This document shows positions 19,471 to 28,729 of a stretch of DNA of 41,919 nt, in pieces. The notes beneath the pieces are model-generated. The model searched no databases. It was not told where the DNA came from and worked only from the letters and a program-made list of their open reading frames with translations. The translations under genes and the position numbers were made by a program. The stretch lies in sequence record SRR20825006_2260. One strand, 5' to 3'. Position 1 is the first letter of the stretch. The number at the start of each line of letters is the position of its first letter.

Positions 19471-19555
19471 GGGGATGCAAGTCAGGCGGGGAGGACGGTG
19501 AGTACACCGGCGAAGCGGTGTGATTTGGGGTGGCGTGCCGCAGTCGAATCAATGG

Positions 19556-20896
19556 TCAGTCCAAGGTGAACTCCAGCAACGGCCCGGACACTTCGGGGTG
19601 GGCATCGTTGGCAAACGCGTGAACCAAACCGCGGTCGGTGCCTTCGATCAGCCCTGATTCGCGAACCAAGACAAAGGTCACTTTTCCATCTGCGTCGCTT
19701 CGAAGAAACTCCAACAACACACCGGATTGAATGCCAAACGTTCCAGTTTGTTGGCTGCGGGGAACATCAAACTTGCCGAGCAGTATTCCGTCGGTGATAT
19801 CCGGAGCGTCTTCCCACGTCGGTTCGTCTCTTAAAACTTCTTTGGACGGATTGGTCACACCATAAATCGCGAACGTGTTGAGTTTTGGCAATCGAGAAGC
19901 AAAGCCCTTCCCGCTAGGAACCTGATTCAAACGCAAACGAGCGGTGCGGACTGAATTCAGGTCGACGCCGCTGACGTTCATTGAAAAGAACGCTCGCATA
20001 TCCCACTTACGACTGTCCGCTCGTTTCACCATCAGCATCTCAGGGTGAATCCACTTGCCACGTCGATTGTTCCGAATGACGTAGTCAGCGCGACCTTCGG
20101 TTCCGATTCGAAACAGCCGTGGACCAGCGGAGTTGGACTGGTCGTATTCCTGTTCGGACGACAATCCGGGATGCGCTGACAGAACGTCATTTGACAGCGA
20201 AGCAAACTCTTCATCGAACAATCGGACTTCCTCGCCGCTTCCAGGATGGTGAACCGAAATTTCACCTTGAAGCACTTCGAAATCCGATGTTTGCGTTGAC
20301 TCTTTTACCGAGACCGCGAATTGGGTTCCGTGATCGACCGCGTATCCAACGGGTGTTTCGACCACAAAACCGTGTGCGGACTCAGGCACATCGATGACGG
20401 CGGCACCGTCAACCATGCGAACCCGCATCGCATCGACCAGTTCAAACTGGGCTGGAGCTTCGAAAGTCATCTTGGCTCCCGATCCAAACTCCACGGTTGC
20501 GATCCCGGTCATCAACTTCATTTGGCCGGCGACCAAATTGGATCCAACCGTCGTCGGCAGAACACTTTCCCACGCGGCGTTTTCGCTGGTACTGAGAATC
20601 GCGATTGGTTGTGGCTCGTTCGTCCCTGTCGTGAGAACAATCGCGAGCAACAATGACGCTGCCATCGCACACCATCCCAATAACCAAATGTTTCGATTGG
20701 TTGTGGAAGCAGCAACGACCGGAGGTTCCATTGAATTTTGAATGGCCAATTCTCGTAACCCGGCGTCGGTGGCTGCCGCGATCGCGAATTGTTTCCTGAG
20801 GTTCGCATCGCTTGCGAGTTGACTTTCCAGGTCAATGACTTCGGATTCGGAAAGCGTTCCCAACAGGTACCGCTGAATCAATTCAGATGGTTCCAT
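19556..20896 (-). CDS. FecR-domain anti-sigma factor with C-terminal DNRLRE/CBM96-like domain
   Basis: LIQRYLLG N-terminus, one TM, F.SGA...EAPA.F, GFVVETP...VDHGTQFAV FecR motif; start 1 nt after the sigma stop. Confidence 0.85.
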   Translation of the reverse strand: MEPSELIQRYLLGTLSESEVIDLESQLASDANLRKQFAIAAATDAGLRELAIQNSMEPPVVAASTTNRNIWLLGWCAMAASLLLAIVLTTGTNEPQPIAILSTSENAAWESVLPTTVGSNLVAGQMKLMTGIATVEFGSGAKMTFEAPAQFELVDAMRVRMVDGAAVIDVPESAHGFVVETPVGYAVDHGTQFAVSVKESTQTSDFEVLQGEISVHHPGSGEEVRLFDEEFASLSNDVLSAHPGLSSEQEYDQSNSAGPRLFRIGTEGRADYVIRNNRRGKWIHPEMLMVKRADSRKWDMRAFFSMNVSGVDLNSVRTARLRLNQVPSGKGFASRLPKLNTFAIYGVTNPSKEVLRDEPTWEDAPDITDGILLGKFDVPRSQQTGTFGIQSGVLLEFLRSDADGKVTFVLVRESGLIEGTDRGLVHAFANDAHPEVSGPLLEFTLD

Positions 20897-20897
20897 C

Positions 20898-21458
20898 TCA
20901 AGACGCCTCCATTTGCAAACGTTGCTGAACGCACGCGGTGAGTTTCGTGCGAAGTCGCCCAAGCAGTTTGTAAAACGCGTTCACGGACTTTCCGCAACCA
21001 TCGGCAAGCTTGGTGATATGCACGTCGGCTTGGTACGGTGCCATCAACAATTCCTGATGTGGCTGAGTGAACTGGTTCATGCAATCTTGCAGAGCGGAAC
21101 GAATCTCAGCGACACGTTCTGCCTCGATCGCTTCCGCTTCATCTGCGATTTGTTTCAGCACTTCGTCGCTGAGTAGCCGCCCATCGCGTCTCAATCCAGT
21201 GACCGCGTTTAAACACTTGAACCGCAGGATGACTTTGGCCCACGGAAGGAAGCCGTCTTCGCCATCTAACTGCGAAAACTTTTGCCACATCGTCACACTG
21301 GCTTCTTGGATCGCGTCATCAACCGCATTCCAATTGGGCAGAATCGACCTTGCGAACGCACGAAGTGCGGTTTCGTGCTTGACGAAGAGACGCATGAAAT
21401 CGCTCTCGTTCAACGCTCGCTGCGGAGCTTGCATCGGCGGGTCTTGGGATGGGGACAT
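20898..21458 (-). CDS. ECF RNA polymerase sigma-70 factor (Rhodopirellula/Verrucomicrobium type)
   Basis: FMRLFVKHE..LRAF, VDDAIQE, MWQKF, FLPWA, ALQDCM, YK.LGRLR..L..CV. Confidence 0.93.
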   Translation of the reverse strand: MSPSQDPPMQAPQRALNESDFMRLFVKHETALRAFARSILPNWNAVDDAIQEASVTMWQKFSQLDGEDGFLPWAKVILRFKCLNAVTGLRRDGRLLSDEVLKQIADEAEAIEAERVAEIRSALQDCMNQFTQPHQELLMAPYQADVHITKLADGCGKSVNAFYKLLGRLRTKLTACVQQRLQMEAS

Positions 21459-21587
21459 GACTACCTATTTGAGTCCCCGAAGCAACCTGCCGCAAATTCT
21501 CGCGACTTTTGAGAAAAAGTTTTCCGCGAGAATGACTTACCCTGAACACGTCAGGGACCGAGCAACCCGCTCAAACAACACGGTCAA

Positions 21588-22937
21588 TCAATCCGTCCGC
21601 ATGCTCTTACAATCTCGCAAAACAATCGGCGGATCGCCTCCGCGGGTGATGTTGTTTTGGATCAAGCAGTCCGAACACTCCACCGCAAGAATGGCAGGTA
21701 CCGTGTCGTCAGAAAACAGTCCGCCCTGTATCAGGATGCCCTGGCAACGAGTCATTTCCAACACCGCGGGACGCTCGCGGACACCTCGGATCACATTCGC
21801 GGAAAGAACACAATCGCGGCAGTCGGTTAGTTGAACGCCATGTTTGGCGACCGAGTTGCGGCCCAAGTGGTAGCGAGGGTTCCGGTCCATCGCGTTGGAC
21901 GCGAGCGTCACTGATTCGCAGTGCTCCATCACAAGGTTGCTGTGGAAGCCCTGCCACATGGTGTTGCCAGTGACGGTTGCACTCCGCAGATGCCGCAAGT
22001 GAATGTTCACTTGAGCGTCGGAAAGAATGTTACCACTGATGGTAACATTGCCGTGTCGCCGTTCATCCGTGCCGTTGACGGCCTCGCTGTGCAGATCAAT
22101 CCGGATGTTGGCGGAGTCTTTTCCCTGATGGGTGTGCTGAATCGTGCAACCCGTGATGGCAACTTCGCCGATCGATCCCGATCCACTGACAATCCAAACG
22201 TTCGCGGAAGACGCGGCATCGGCGGGTCCCATGTTGCCTTCGATGTCACATCCGGTGATGTGCAAGTTACGAACGTTGCCGCCGCGTGAGACAATCCCGC
22301 CTCCGGCGTTGTAGCTGATATGACTTCCCGTGACGTTGATCTGGTGCAGATTGACGGCGTCTAAGAACAATCCGACGCCTGAATTTTCGTAGAGATGGCA
22401 GCCACTGACGATCACGTTGCGATTGCGATTCACCAAGTGAATCGCGTGTCGTGACTTGCGAATGGTCAGGTTGTGAAGCGTGGGCTGCATCGTTCCCGAA
22501 AGTTCGATTCCATCGGCATCCGGATGTTCGCCGACGATTTCCAAGTCGGAAACGATCAAAGCATTCTGCCGATCCCAAACTTCATCGGTTACCGTCTTCG
22601 GGTCGGCAGTTCCAGCGTGCGTGCCCACGACTTGAATTGCAGGACCGGCTCCGGCCATCACGATTCGAACTCGCCCCATTCCTTTGAATGCGATCGAACC
22701 GGTGCTCTTCAGGTCAACTCGAAGCGGTCGCGTGATGCGGTAGGTTCCCGCAGGAAAATTTACATCATGTTCGGCGTCGATCCACTTTTGGATTGCCGTC
22801 GTGTCGTCGGCAACGCCATCTCCGATCGGGTCAGCCGCGGAGACGCTCGGCTGAATCACGAACGAGCAAACGGAAAACGCCGTGATCGACGCGAGGAAGA
22901 GACAACAAGAGACTCGGCGGGCGGGACAGCAGTTCAT
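21588..22937 (-). CDS. Exported right-handed parallel beta-helix (pectate lyase-like) protein
   Basis: GDGVADDTTAIQ, FPAGTYRIT, repeated ITGC.I / ISGN strands; signal peptide. Confidence 0.85.
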   Translation of the reverse strand: MNCCPARRVSCCLFLASITAFSVCSFVIQPSVSAADPIGDGVADDTTAIQKWIDAEHDVNFPAGTYRITRPLRVDLKSTGSIAFKGMGRVRIVMAGAGPAIQVVGTHAGTADPKTVTDEVWDRQNALIVSDLEIVGEHPDADGIELSGTMQPTLHNLTIRKSRHAIHLVNRNRNVIVSGCHLYENSGVGLFLDAVNLHQINVTGSHISYNAGGGIVSRGGNVRNLHITGCDIEGNMGPADAASSANVWIVSGSGSIGEVAITGCTIQHTHQGKDSANIRIDLHSEAVNGTDERRHGNVTISGNILSDAQVNIHLRHLRSATVTGNTMWQGFHSNLVMEHCESVTLASNAMDRNPRYHLGRNSVAKHGVQLTDCRDCVLSANVIRGVRERPAVLEMTRCQGILIQGGLFSDDTVPAILAVECSDCLIQNNITRGGDPPIVLRDCKSMRTD

Positions 22938-23110
22938 GGTGGTCCATTCTCAATGGTGGGAGGTAGGACCGGCCAGTCTAGCATTCGCAATGAGGTCGAT
23001 TGTCGCCCGTCGGCTTTGCCTACCATCAAAACTCGGTGACAACAGCATGGAGCCGAACACCATGGCCGTGAACACACCTGACTGCATCGACCGAGCGGCT
23101 AGACGATGGT

Positions 23111-24478
23111 CTAAGCCGACAGGTTGGTCCCCACATCGGTGCGGTAAGCGGATGCGGCGGGAACGATCCCAGCAAGCAAACTCAATCCGATGACCAATGG
23201 CAATAGATAAAGCTCATAGGTACTCATCGAGAAGAAACCGACCTGCACCCCTGTCCTCGCTTCGATCAATGGGCTGGCGGCGAGGATTCCGAGGTGAGCC
23301 AACACCCAGCCAGCGATGCCGCCAACCAAGGCAATGATGAGACTTTCGAACAGAATGATCCATGTCACACTGCCGCGACGAGCACCCAAGGCGCGCATCA
23401 CCGCGATGTCCCGCTTGCGATCGTTCATCGAGTTGTAGATCGCAACCAAAACACCGACTGCGGCAACTACGCAGGTGATTAACGTGATGGCCAGCAACGC
23501 TTGCATGAGCGGGCCAACGATCATCGTCATCAGTTTGTTGATCTCACCGATCGGCGTCGCCGCTTCCGCACGCACGCTCTCTTTGATTCGATTTTGAAGC
23601 ATAGGAGCCATCATCAAATTCCCATTGCGAACCAAGATCGACGTGACTTCGCGTTCGGGGATCGTCAGCAACAATGGATCGTCGGGACCAGCCGTTTCGG
23701 CGGACTCGGGCAACACAATCACAGCGTCATCCGGGATTGGCTTCGCGTGTCCCTCGAGCAAGTAAAAACCTTCCAGGTTCACAAACGCGGCACGGTCGTT
23801 GGGTGTCCCGGTGGGATCTAAAACACCGACAATTTGAAAACCTTGTCCGTGGCCTTTGCCTTCCGGGTCGCCGTGAGTGGGTTTCATCACATCACCGACT
23901 CGCATTCCCATTTGAGCGGCCACGCGAGAACCAAGCACACATTCAAAGTAGCTGTTCTCTTCGTTGTGGAACTCAAAGTTCCGACCTTCTTCAAACGTGA
24001 ACGGCTGATCGGCATCGGGACCGTGTTTCAACAATTCGAAAAAGTCCGGTGTCGTCCCAACCACGCGGAACTCACCGAAATAATCACCCAACGCGAGCGG
24101 AATCGCATAGCCATCCGTCATGAATCCCGCGTAAACACCATCGCGTTCACCAAGAGCGGGATCACCTCCGAAGGTACGGACCATCTCGGCCCGTTTCTCT
24201 TTCGGATAGAACTCCATGTATTCCGTGTAGGGTAGGTTCTCGATCGGTTGGCTGAGGTAGTAGACCGCGTTGAGCGTCAACTGCAGCGTGCTGCCTTTGG
24301 GACCGACGACCAAGTTGTATCCCACCGACGCATTTCGAACGAAGGCTTCGCTGATGATGCCATAAACCGACATCACCAGAACCACCAACCCGACGCCCAA
24401 CGTCAGCGACAACGTGGTCAAGAAACTCGACAAAGCTCGGTAGCGAAAGTTTCGCCACGCGATGAATAACAGGCTCAT
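23111..24478 (-). CDS. ABC transporter permease (FtsX/MacB-like)
   Basis: IAWRNFRYR, VVGPKGS.LQL.LN, DRKRDIAVMRALGARR, GIVPAASAYRTDV. Confidence 0.92.
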   Translation of the reverse strand: MSLLFIAWRNFRYRALSSFLTTLSLTLGVGLVVLVMSVYGIISEAFVRNASVGYNLVVGPKGSTLQLTLNAVYYLSQPIENLPYTEYMEFYPKEKRAEMVRTFGGDPALGERDGVYAGFMTDGYAIPLALGDYFGEFRVVGTTPDFFELLKHGPDADQPFTFEEGRNFEFHNEENSYFECVLGSRVAAQMGMRVGDVMKPTHGDPEGKGHGQGFQIVGVLDPTGTPNDRAAFVNLEGFYLLEGHAKPIPDDAVIVLPESAETAGPDDPLLLTIPEREVTSILVRNGNLMMAPMLQNRIKESVRAEAATPIGEINKLMTMIVGPLMQALLAITLITCVVAAVGVLVAIYNSMNDRKRDIAVMRALGARRGSVTWIILFESLIIALVGGIAGWVLAHLGILAASPLIEARTGVQVGFFSMSTYELYLLPLVIGLSLLAGIVPAASAYRTDVGTNLSA

Positions 24479-25158
24479 GTTCCGGCCCCCAGCGGCGAGA
24501 AGGCTCGGTTGATGTCTTCGAGTTTGTCACAACGCTGAAAACGTTGAGCGACGTCCATGCTGTGCGTGACCATCAACAATGAGATGTTTTCGTCACGGCA
24601 GGAGTCGATAATCAGATTCAACACCGTGTCGGCACTGGCCGGATCGACATTGGCGGTGGGTTCGTCGGCAAGCAGAAGTTTCGGACGCCCTGCGAGAGCC
24701 CTCGCGATGGCGACGCGCTGCTGTTGCCCGACCGACAATTGATTCGGCCGGTAGTGGGCTCGATCGGTCAATCCCACTCGATCGAGCAGATCCGACGCTC
24801 GAGTTGCATCGACACTGCCGCTGCCAAACGACATGCCGAGTTTGACGTTCTCAAGTGCCGAGAACGCGGGCAACAAATTGAATGTTTGGAAGACGTAGCC
24901 AATCGTTCCGGCACGAAAACGATCTCGGCCTTGTTCACTCAACCGAGTGAGTTCCAAATTGTTGATGCGAATCGAACCGGAGGTCGCCGTCAGCATGCCA
25001 GCAATCAGGTGCAACAAAGTCGTCTTGCCGCCACCGCTTTGTCCAATCAAGGCAACTTGCTCGCCCACCGCGATGTTGAACTGCGGCACATCCAGCACCG
25101 TCAGTTCGCCTCCACCCGGTTGATCGAATCGTTTGATCAGGTTCTCAATCGCAAGCAT
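24475..25158 (-). CDS. ABC transporter ATP-binding protein (LolD/MacB-like)
   Basis: Walker A GQSGGGKT, LSVGQQQRVAIARAL, LLLADEPTAN, VTH; start placed at ATG 25158. Confidence 0.94.
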   Translation of the reverse strand: MLAIENLIKRFDQPGGGELTVLDVPQFNIAVGEQVALIGQSGGGKTTLLHLIAGMLTATSGSIRINNLELTRLSEQGRDRFRAGTIGYVFQTFNLLPAFSALENVKLGMSFGSGSVDATRASDLLDRVGLTDRAHYRPNQLSVGQQQRVAIARALAGRPKLLLADEPTANVDPASADTVLNLIIDSCRDENISLLMVTHSMDVAQRFQRCDKLEDINRAFSPLGAGT

Positions 25159-25190
25159 GTCGCTGTTAACTTTCGCCGGATGGCAGTTCA

Positions 25191-25754
25191 TTACTTCCGC
25201 CGCATGGCTCGTTGCAGCCCGCGGTCGGATTCGCGTTTCTTGATGGTCTCACGTTTGTCGTGCAGTTTTTTGCCTTTGACCAAACCCATCACGCATTTGG
25301 CAAGGCCTCGTTCACTGAAGTACACCCGCAGCGGGATCAGTGTCAGCCCCCGCTCGAATGCGCGACCTGCAAATTTGTCAAACTCTTTGGCGTGCACCAG
25401 CAATTTGCGAGGCCGGCGTGGATCATGGTTCCACATTCCCGCGTTGTTGTAGTGAGCGATGTCGGAACCGACCAACCACAACTCGCCATTGGTCACCCGA
25501 ATGTGAGCCTCGTCGAGGGAAAGCTTGCCTTCTCGCATCGATTTGACTTCGCTGCCCATCAGCATCATGCCGCACTCGACGCTGTCGAGAATCTCGTAAC
25601 GGAACTTGGCTTTGCGGTTTTCAGCGACCGGCGTGGTGTTCGGTTGATTCTTTTTCGCGTTTTTGCCTTTGCTCTTCCCAGACTTCTTACCGGCCGCTTT
25701 TTTTGCGCCAGCCTCAGTCAAGGTGGGCTGCTTTTTACTTTTGTTCTTTGACAT
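25191..25754 (-). CDS. smpB: SsrA-binding protein SmpB
   Basis: ENRKAKFRY, G.EVKSMR, HDPRRPRKLLVH, GLTLIPLRVYF, KGKKLHDKRETIK. Confidence 0.97.
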   Translation of the reverse strand: MSKNKSKKQPTLTEAGAKKAAGKKSGKSKGKNAKKNQPNTTPVAENRKAKFRYEILDSVECGMMLMGSEVKSMREGKLSLDEAHIRVTNGELWLVGSDIAHYNNAGMWNHDPRRPRKLLVHAKEFDKFAGRAFERGLTLIPLRVYFSERGLAKCVMGLVKGKKLHDKRETIKKRESDRGLQRAMRRK

Positions 25755-25945
25755 GGTCGTGATTGTATCGGGAACCCACAAAAGCAGGATGGGGCGACCA
25801 TTTTCGATTTCCGCCCGGACCACTACAATAAATGGTCATTACACTGACCAGAGTCGGCTTGGGTTACGGACGGTTCCTCGGAACGGTTCGATTCGCTGCC
25901 GATCATTGATTTTTGATTTTTTGCCTTTCATCCGGACAGACGCCG

Positions 25946-26863
25946 ATGGCTTTTCGATTGCCAGTTGTCGCCGAACCAGAAATGCCTGCGGGCACCGACG
26001 TCAGCTCGACGGGACGGTTGCCACGTTGGCTCAAGCGGCCCATTCCCAAATCCAACTCGAATCATTTGACCGATTCGTTGATGGAAGAATACGGGTTGGA
26101 AACCGTTTGCGACAACGCCAAGTGCCCCAACCGGATGGAGTGCTACAGCCAGCAAACGGCGACGTTCATGGTTCTGGGGAATGTTTGTACCCGCCCATGT
26201 GGTTTCTGTGCCGTCAGCCGCGGACGTCCACCGGCTGCCCCCGCCGTCGATGAGCCAGATCGCATCGCCAAAGCGGCCGAACGATTGGGGCTGAAGCACG
26301 TTGTCATCACCAGCGTCACGCGAGATGACTTGCCCGACGGAGGTGCCGACCATTTCCACAACTGCGTGATCGCAGTTCGGGAACGCACCGGGGCGACCAC
26401 GGAAGTCCTCACGCCTGACTTTGTGCACTGCAAGGAAGCGTTGGCTCGGGTCATCGAAGCTAAACCGACCGTGTTCAATCACAACATGGAAACCGTGCCA
26501 CGTCTTTACCGCCGAGTCCGCGGTCCAAAGAGTGACTATGCGTGGACGTTAGAAATGATGCGGCAAGTCAAGCGCTATGACGCCGAAGTCAAAACCAAAA
26601 GCGGTTTGATGCTGGGATTGGGCGAAGAACGAGGCGAGTTGCTTGACGCTCTGTCAGATCTTCGCGAACACGATGTCGATTTCCTGACGTTGGGCCAGTA
26701 CCTGCAACCGGGCGAGAAATACTTGCCCGTCGTTCGCTATGTTCCGCCAGAAGAATTTGATGAATTGGCCGACATCGCCAAATCAATGGGATTCAAAAAG
26801 GTCGCCAGCGGCCCCTTTGTGCGAAGTAGCTACCACGCGCGTGACATGGCCGAGACTGAGTGA
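25946..26863 (+). CDS. lipA: Lipoyl synthase
   Basis: CDNAKCPNRMEC, CTRPCGFC radical-SAM motif, VITSVTRDDL, FNHNMETV, GQYLQP, VRSSY. Confidence 0.97.
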   Translation: MAFRLPVVAEPEMPAGTDVSSTGRLPRWLKRPIPKSNSNHLTDSLMEEYGLETVCDNAKCPNRMECYSQQTATFMVLGNVCTRPCGFCAVSRGRPPAAPAVDEPDRIAKAAERLGLKHVVITSVTRDDLPDGGADHFHNCVIAVRERTGATTEVLTPDFVHCKEALARVIEAKPTVFNHNMETVPRLYRRVRGPKSDYAWTLEMMRQVKRYDAEVKTKSGLMLGLGEERGELLDALSDLREHDVDFLTLGQYLQPGEKYLPVVRYVPPEEFDELADIAKSMGFKKVASGPFVRSSYHARDMAETE

Positions 26864-26896
26864 GACCAGACTTCGAGTTTCACTTGGTCCATCAAA

Positions 26897-26919
26897 GCCG
26901 CGGTGGAAAACCACGCGGC
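26897..26919. terminator. GC-rich hairpin between convergent lipA and the AspT-family gene
   Basis: GCCGC-G-GTGG AAAA CCAC-GCGGC stem-loop; weak U-tract. Confidence 0.35.
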
Positions 26920-26986
26920 GATGAGCATGCCGACCTACTCAGGTAACTAGATCTCTACTCTGGCAAACAGATTTCAGGTAACCAGA

Positions 26987-28591
26987 TCAGGCGATCAGTT
27001 CGACCAACCATGGTGCGGCAACCGTGATCAAGACCAGTGCAACCGGATAAGCCGCGACGTAACTGGTTGCCGGTTGGCTGGAATCGGTCGCTCCAGTCAA
27101 CACAGCCAATCCAGGCGTGGACGTCATTCCGCCACAGGTTGCACCGAGCGATTGCCACAACGTTCGGCCTCCGAAATATCTTGATCCGGCGAAACCAACC
27201 AACAACGGAATGATCGCGATCGCTGCGGCTGCCACGCATAGCATTGCCCCGCGTTCCATCAACACCTCGACAACGTTGGCACCCGCGTTCAATCCTGCAT
27301 CCGCAAGAAACAACGCCAAGCCACCTTCTGTCATCAAAAGCATCGCTGCGGGCGGATACGATCCCCGAATGGGTCCGAGTCGTCGAAAATGCCCAAGGAT
27401 AAGTCCCACCATCAATGGGCCACCGGCAATTCCCAGTGACATCGAAAATTCGCCGATCTGAAGCGACAGGTTGCCGACGAAGATTCCGAGCACGATGCCG
27501 GCGACGAGAGACAACAAATCGGTTTCGTTCACCGTGCGAGGGCGATGCCCGACGGCGTTTGCAATCTTTGCCAGTGCATCCGGTTCACCAACGGCGACCA
27601 AGCCATCACCAAACTCAATGCGAGTGCGAGCCGACGGAACGAATTCCACATCGTGACGCTGGACTCGAACAATCGTCACTCCATATTTCGATCGCAAACG
27701 CAATTCTTTGAGCGTCCGACCGTAAATTTCCGGTGATGTCACAACGACGTACCGACGTTCGCGATCCGCATCGACGACTGGTTCCGCCGTGTCTTGCAAT
27801 TCACCCAGTGTTTCTGACACTCGGCGAATCTCAGACGCTCCGCCAACCAACATCACGTCATCACCAATCTCGAATTGGTAGTCCGGCGGTGTAGGACGCC
27901 AACGACCTTCTCGTTGGACTCGCGACATCTGGCATGGCGAATCCGCGAAGGCGACGATATCGCTGGGACGCTTGCCCGAGACAACTGGATTGGCAATGCG
28001 AACGACTCGTCGTCCGATGCTGTTGGACTCAGCGATTTCGGCACTCGATCGGCCCGATGTTTCCGATGCGGAATCGGTGCCATCGCTGTCGCCTGGTTTA
28101 GCAAACAACTTGATCGCGATTTGCACGAACAACACCACCGCGATGATTCCGATTGGGTACGCGACACCAAAACCAACCGCAACGGCAGCGGGATCGCTCG
28201 ATGATTGAGTGATCGCACCAAGAGCAGGCGTGCTGGTCATCGCACCGGCCATCAACCCACCAGCCAATTCGGCGGGCAATCCCAACAGACGAGCGCTCGT
28301 CCACGTCACCGCGACACCGGTCAAAACAATGACGGATCCGGTGATCGCCATGGCTCGGCCGTGTGACGCAAGACCGCGAAAGAAAGTGGGCCCGGCCGAG
28401 ATTCCGACGCAGTAGACAAACAACGCCAAACCAAGCGTTCCGAAGCCGGTTGGAATGGTCCATCCGTAATGCCCGGCAAGCAAAGCGACAAACAGGATCG
28501 CTGATGTGCCCAGCGAGATGCCGCGAAAAGAAACGCGGCCAACCAGCAGGCCCAAGGCAATCACACACAGGAGAACGAGAATTGGGTTCAT
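26987..28591 (-). CDS. AspT/YidE family (aspartate:alanine exchanger-like) transporter with TrkA-C domains
   Basis: GLALFVYCVGISAGP, AGAMTSTPALGA, YPIG, central RCK-C region, GGPLMVGLILG, GGMTSTPGL, YVAAYP. Confidence 0.92.
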   Translation of the reverse strand: MNPILVLLCVIALGLLVGRVSFRGISLGTSAILFVALLAGHYGWTIPTGFGTLGLALFVYCVGISAGPTFFRGLASHGRAMAITGSVIVLTGVAVTWTSARLLGLPAELAGGLMAGAMTSTPALGAITQSSSDPAAVAVGFGVAYPIGIIAVVLFVQIAIKLFAKPGDSDGTDSASETSGRSSAEIAESNSIGRRVVRIANPVVSGKRPSDIVAFADSPCQMSRVQREGRWRPTPPDYQFEIGDDVMLVGGASEIRRVSETLGELQDTAEPVVDADRERRYVVVTSPEIYGRTLKELRLRSKYGVTIVRVQRHDVEFVPSARTRIEFGDGLVAVGEPDALAKIANAVGHRPRTVNETDLLSLVAGIVLGIFVGNLSLQIGEFSMSLGIAGGPLMVGLILGHFRRLGPIRGSYPPAAMLLMTEGGLALFLADAGLNAGANVVEVLMERGAMLCVAAAAIAIIPLLVGFAGSRYFGGRTLWQSLGATCGGMTSTPGLAVLTGATDSSQPATSYVAAYPVALVLITVAAPWLVELIA

Positions 28592-28729
28592 GGTCTCCGA
28601 AGCCCCAAGGAAAGAAACTGGCCGGACAATACGAGCCTTCGACCAAAATCACAACCTGTCGTTCGGCATCGTTTTCGTCTCGTGAGGGCTAGGTCCTGTT
28701 CATGGACGCTAGCATCTACTCGCGGGCGT

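Noticed and set aside
25755-25945. tmRNA (ssrA) next to smpB
   Set aside because: Spacer is too short and lacks tRNA-like GGGG...CCA ends
28592-28729. Possible riboswitch upstream of the AspT-family transporter
   Set aside because: Only one modest hairpin (GCTAG-GTCC...GGAC-GCTAGC); no aptamer consensus recognised
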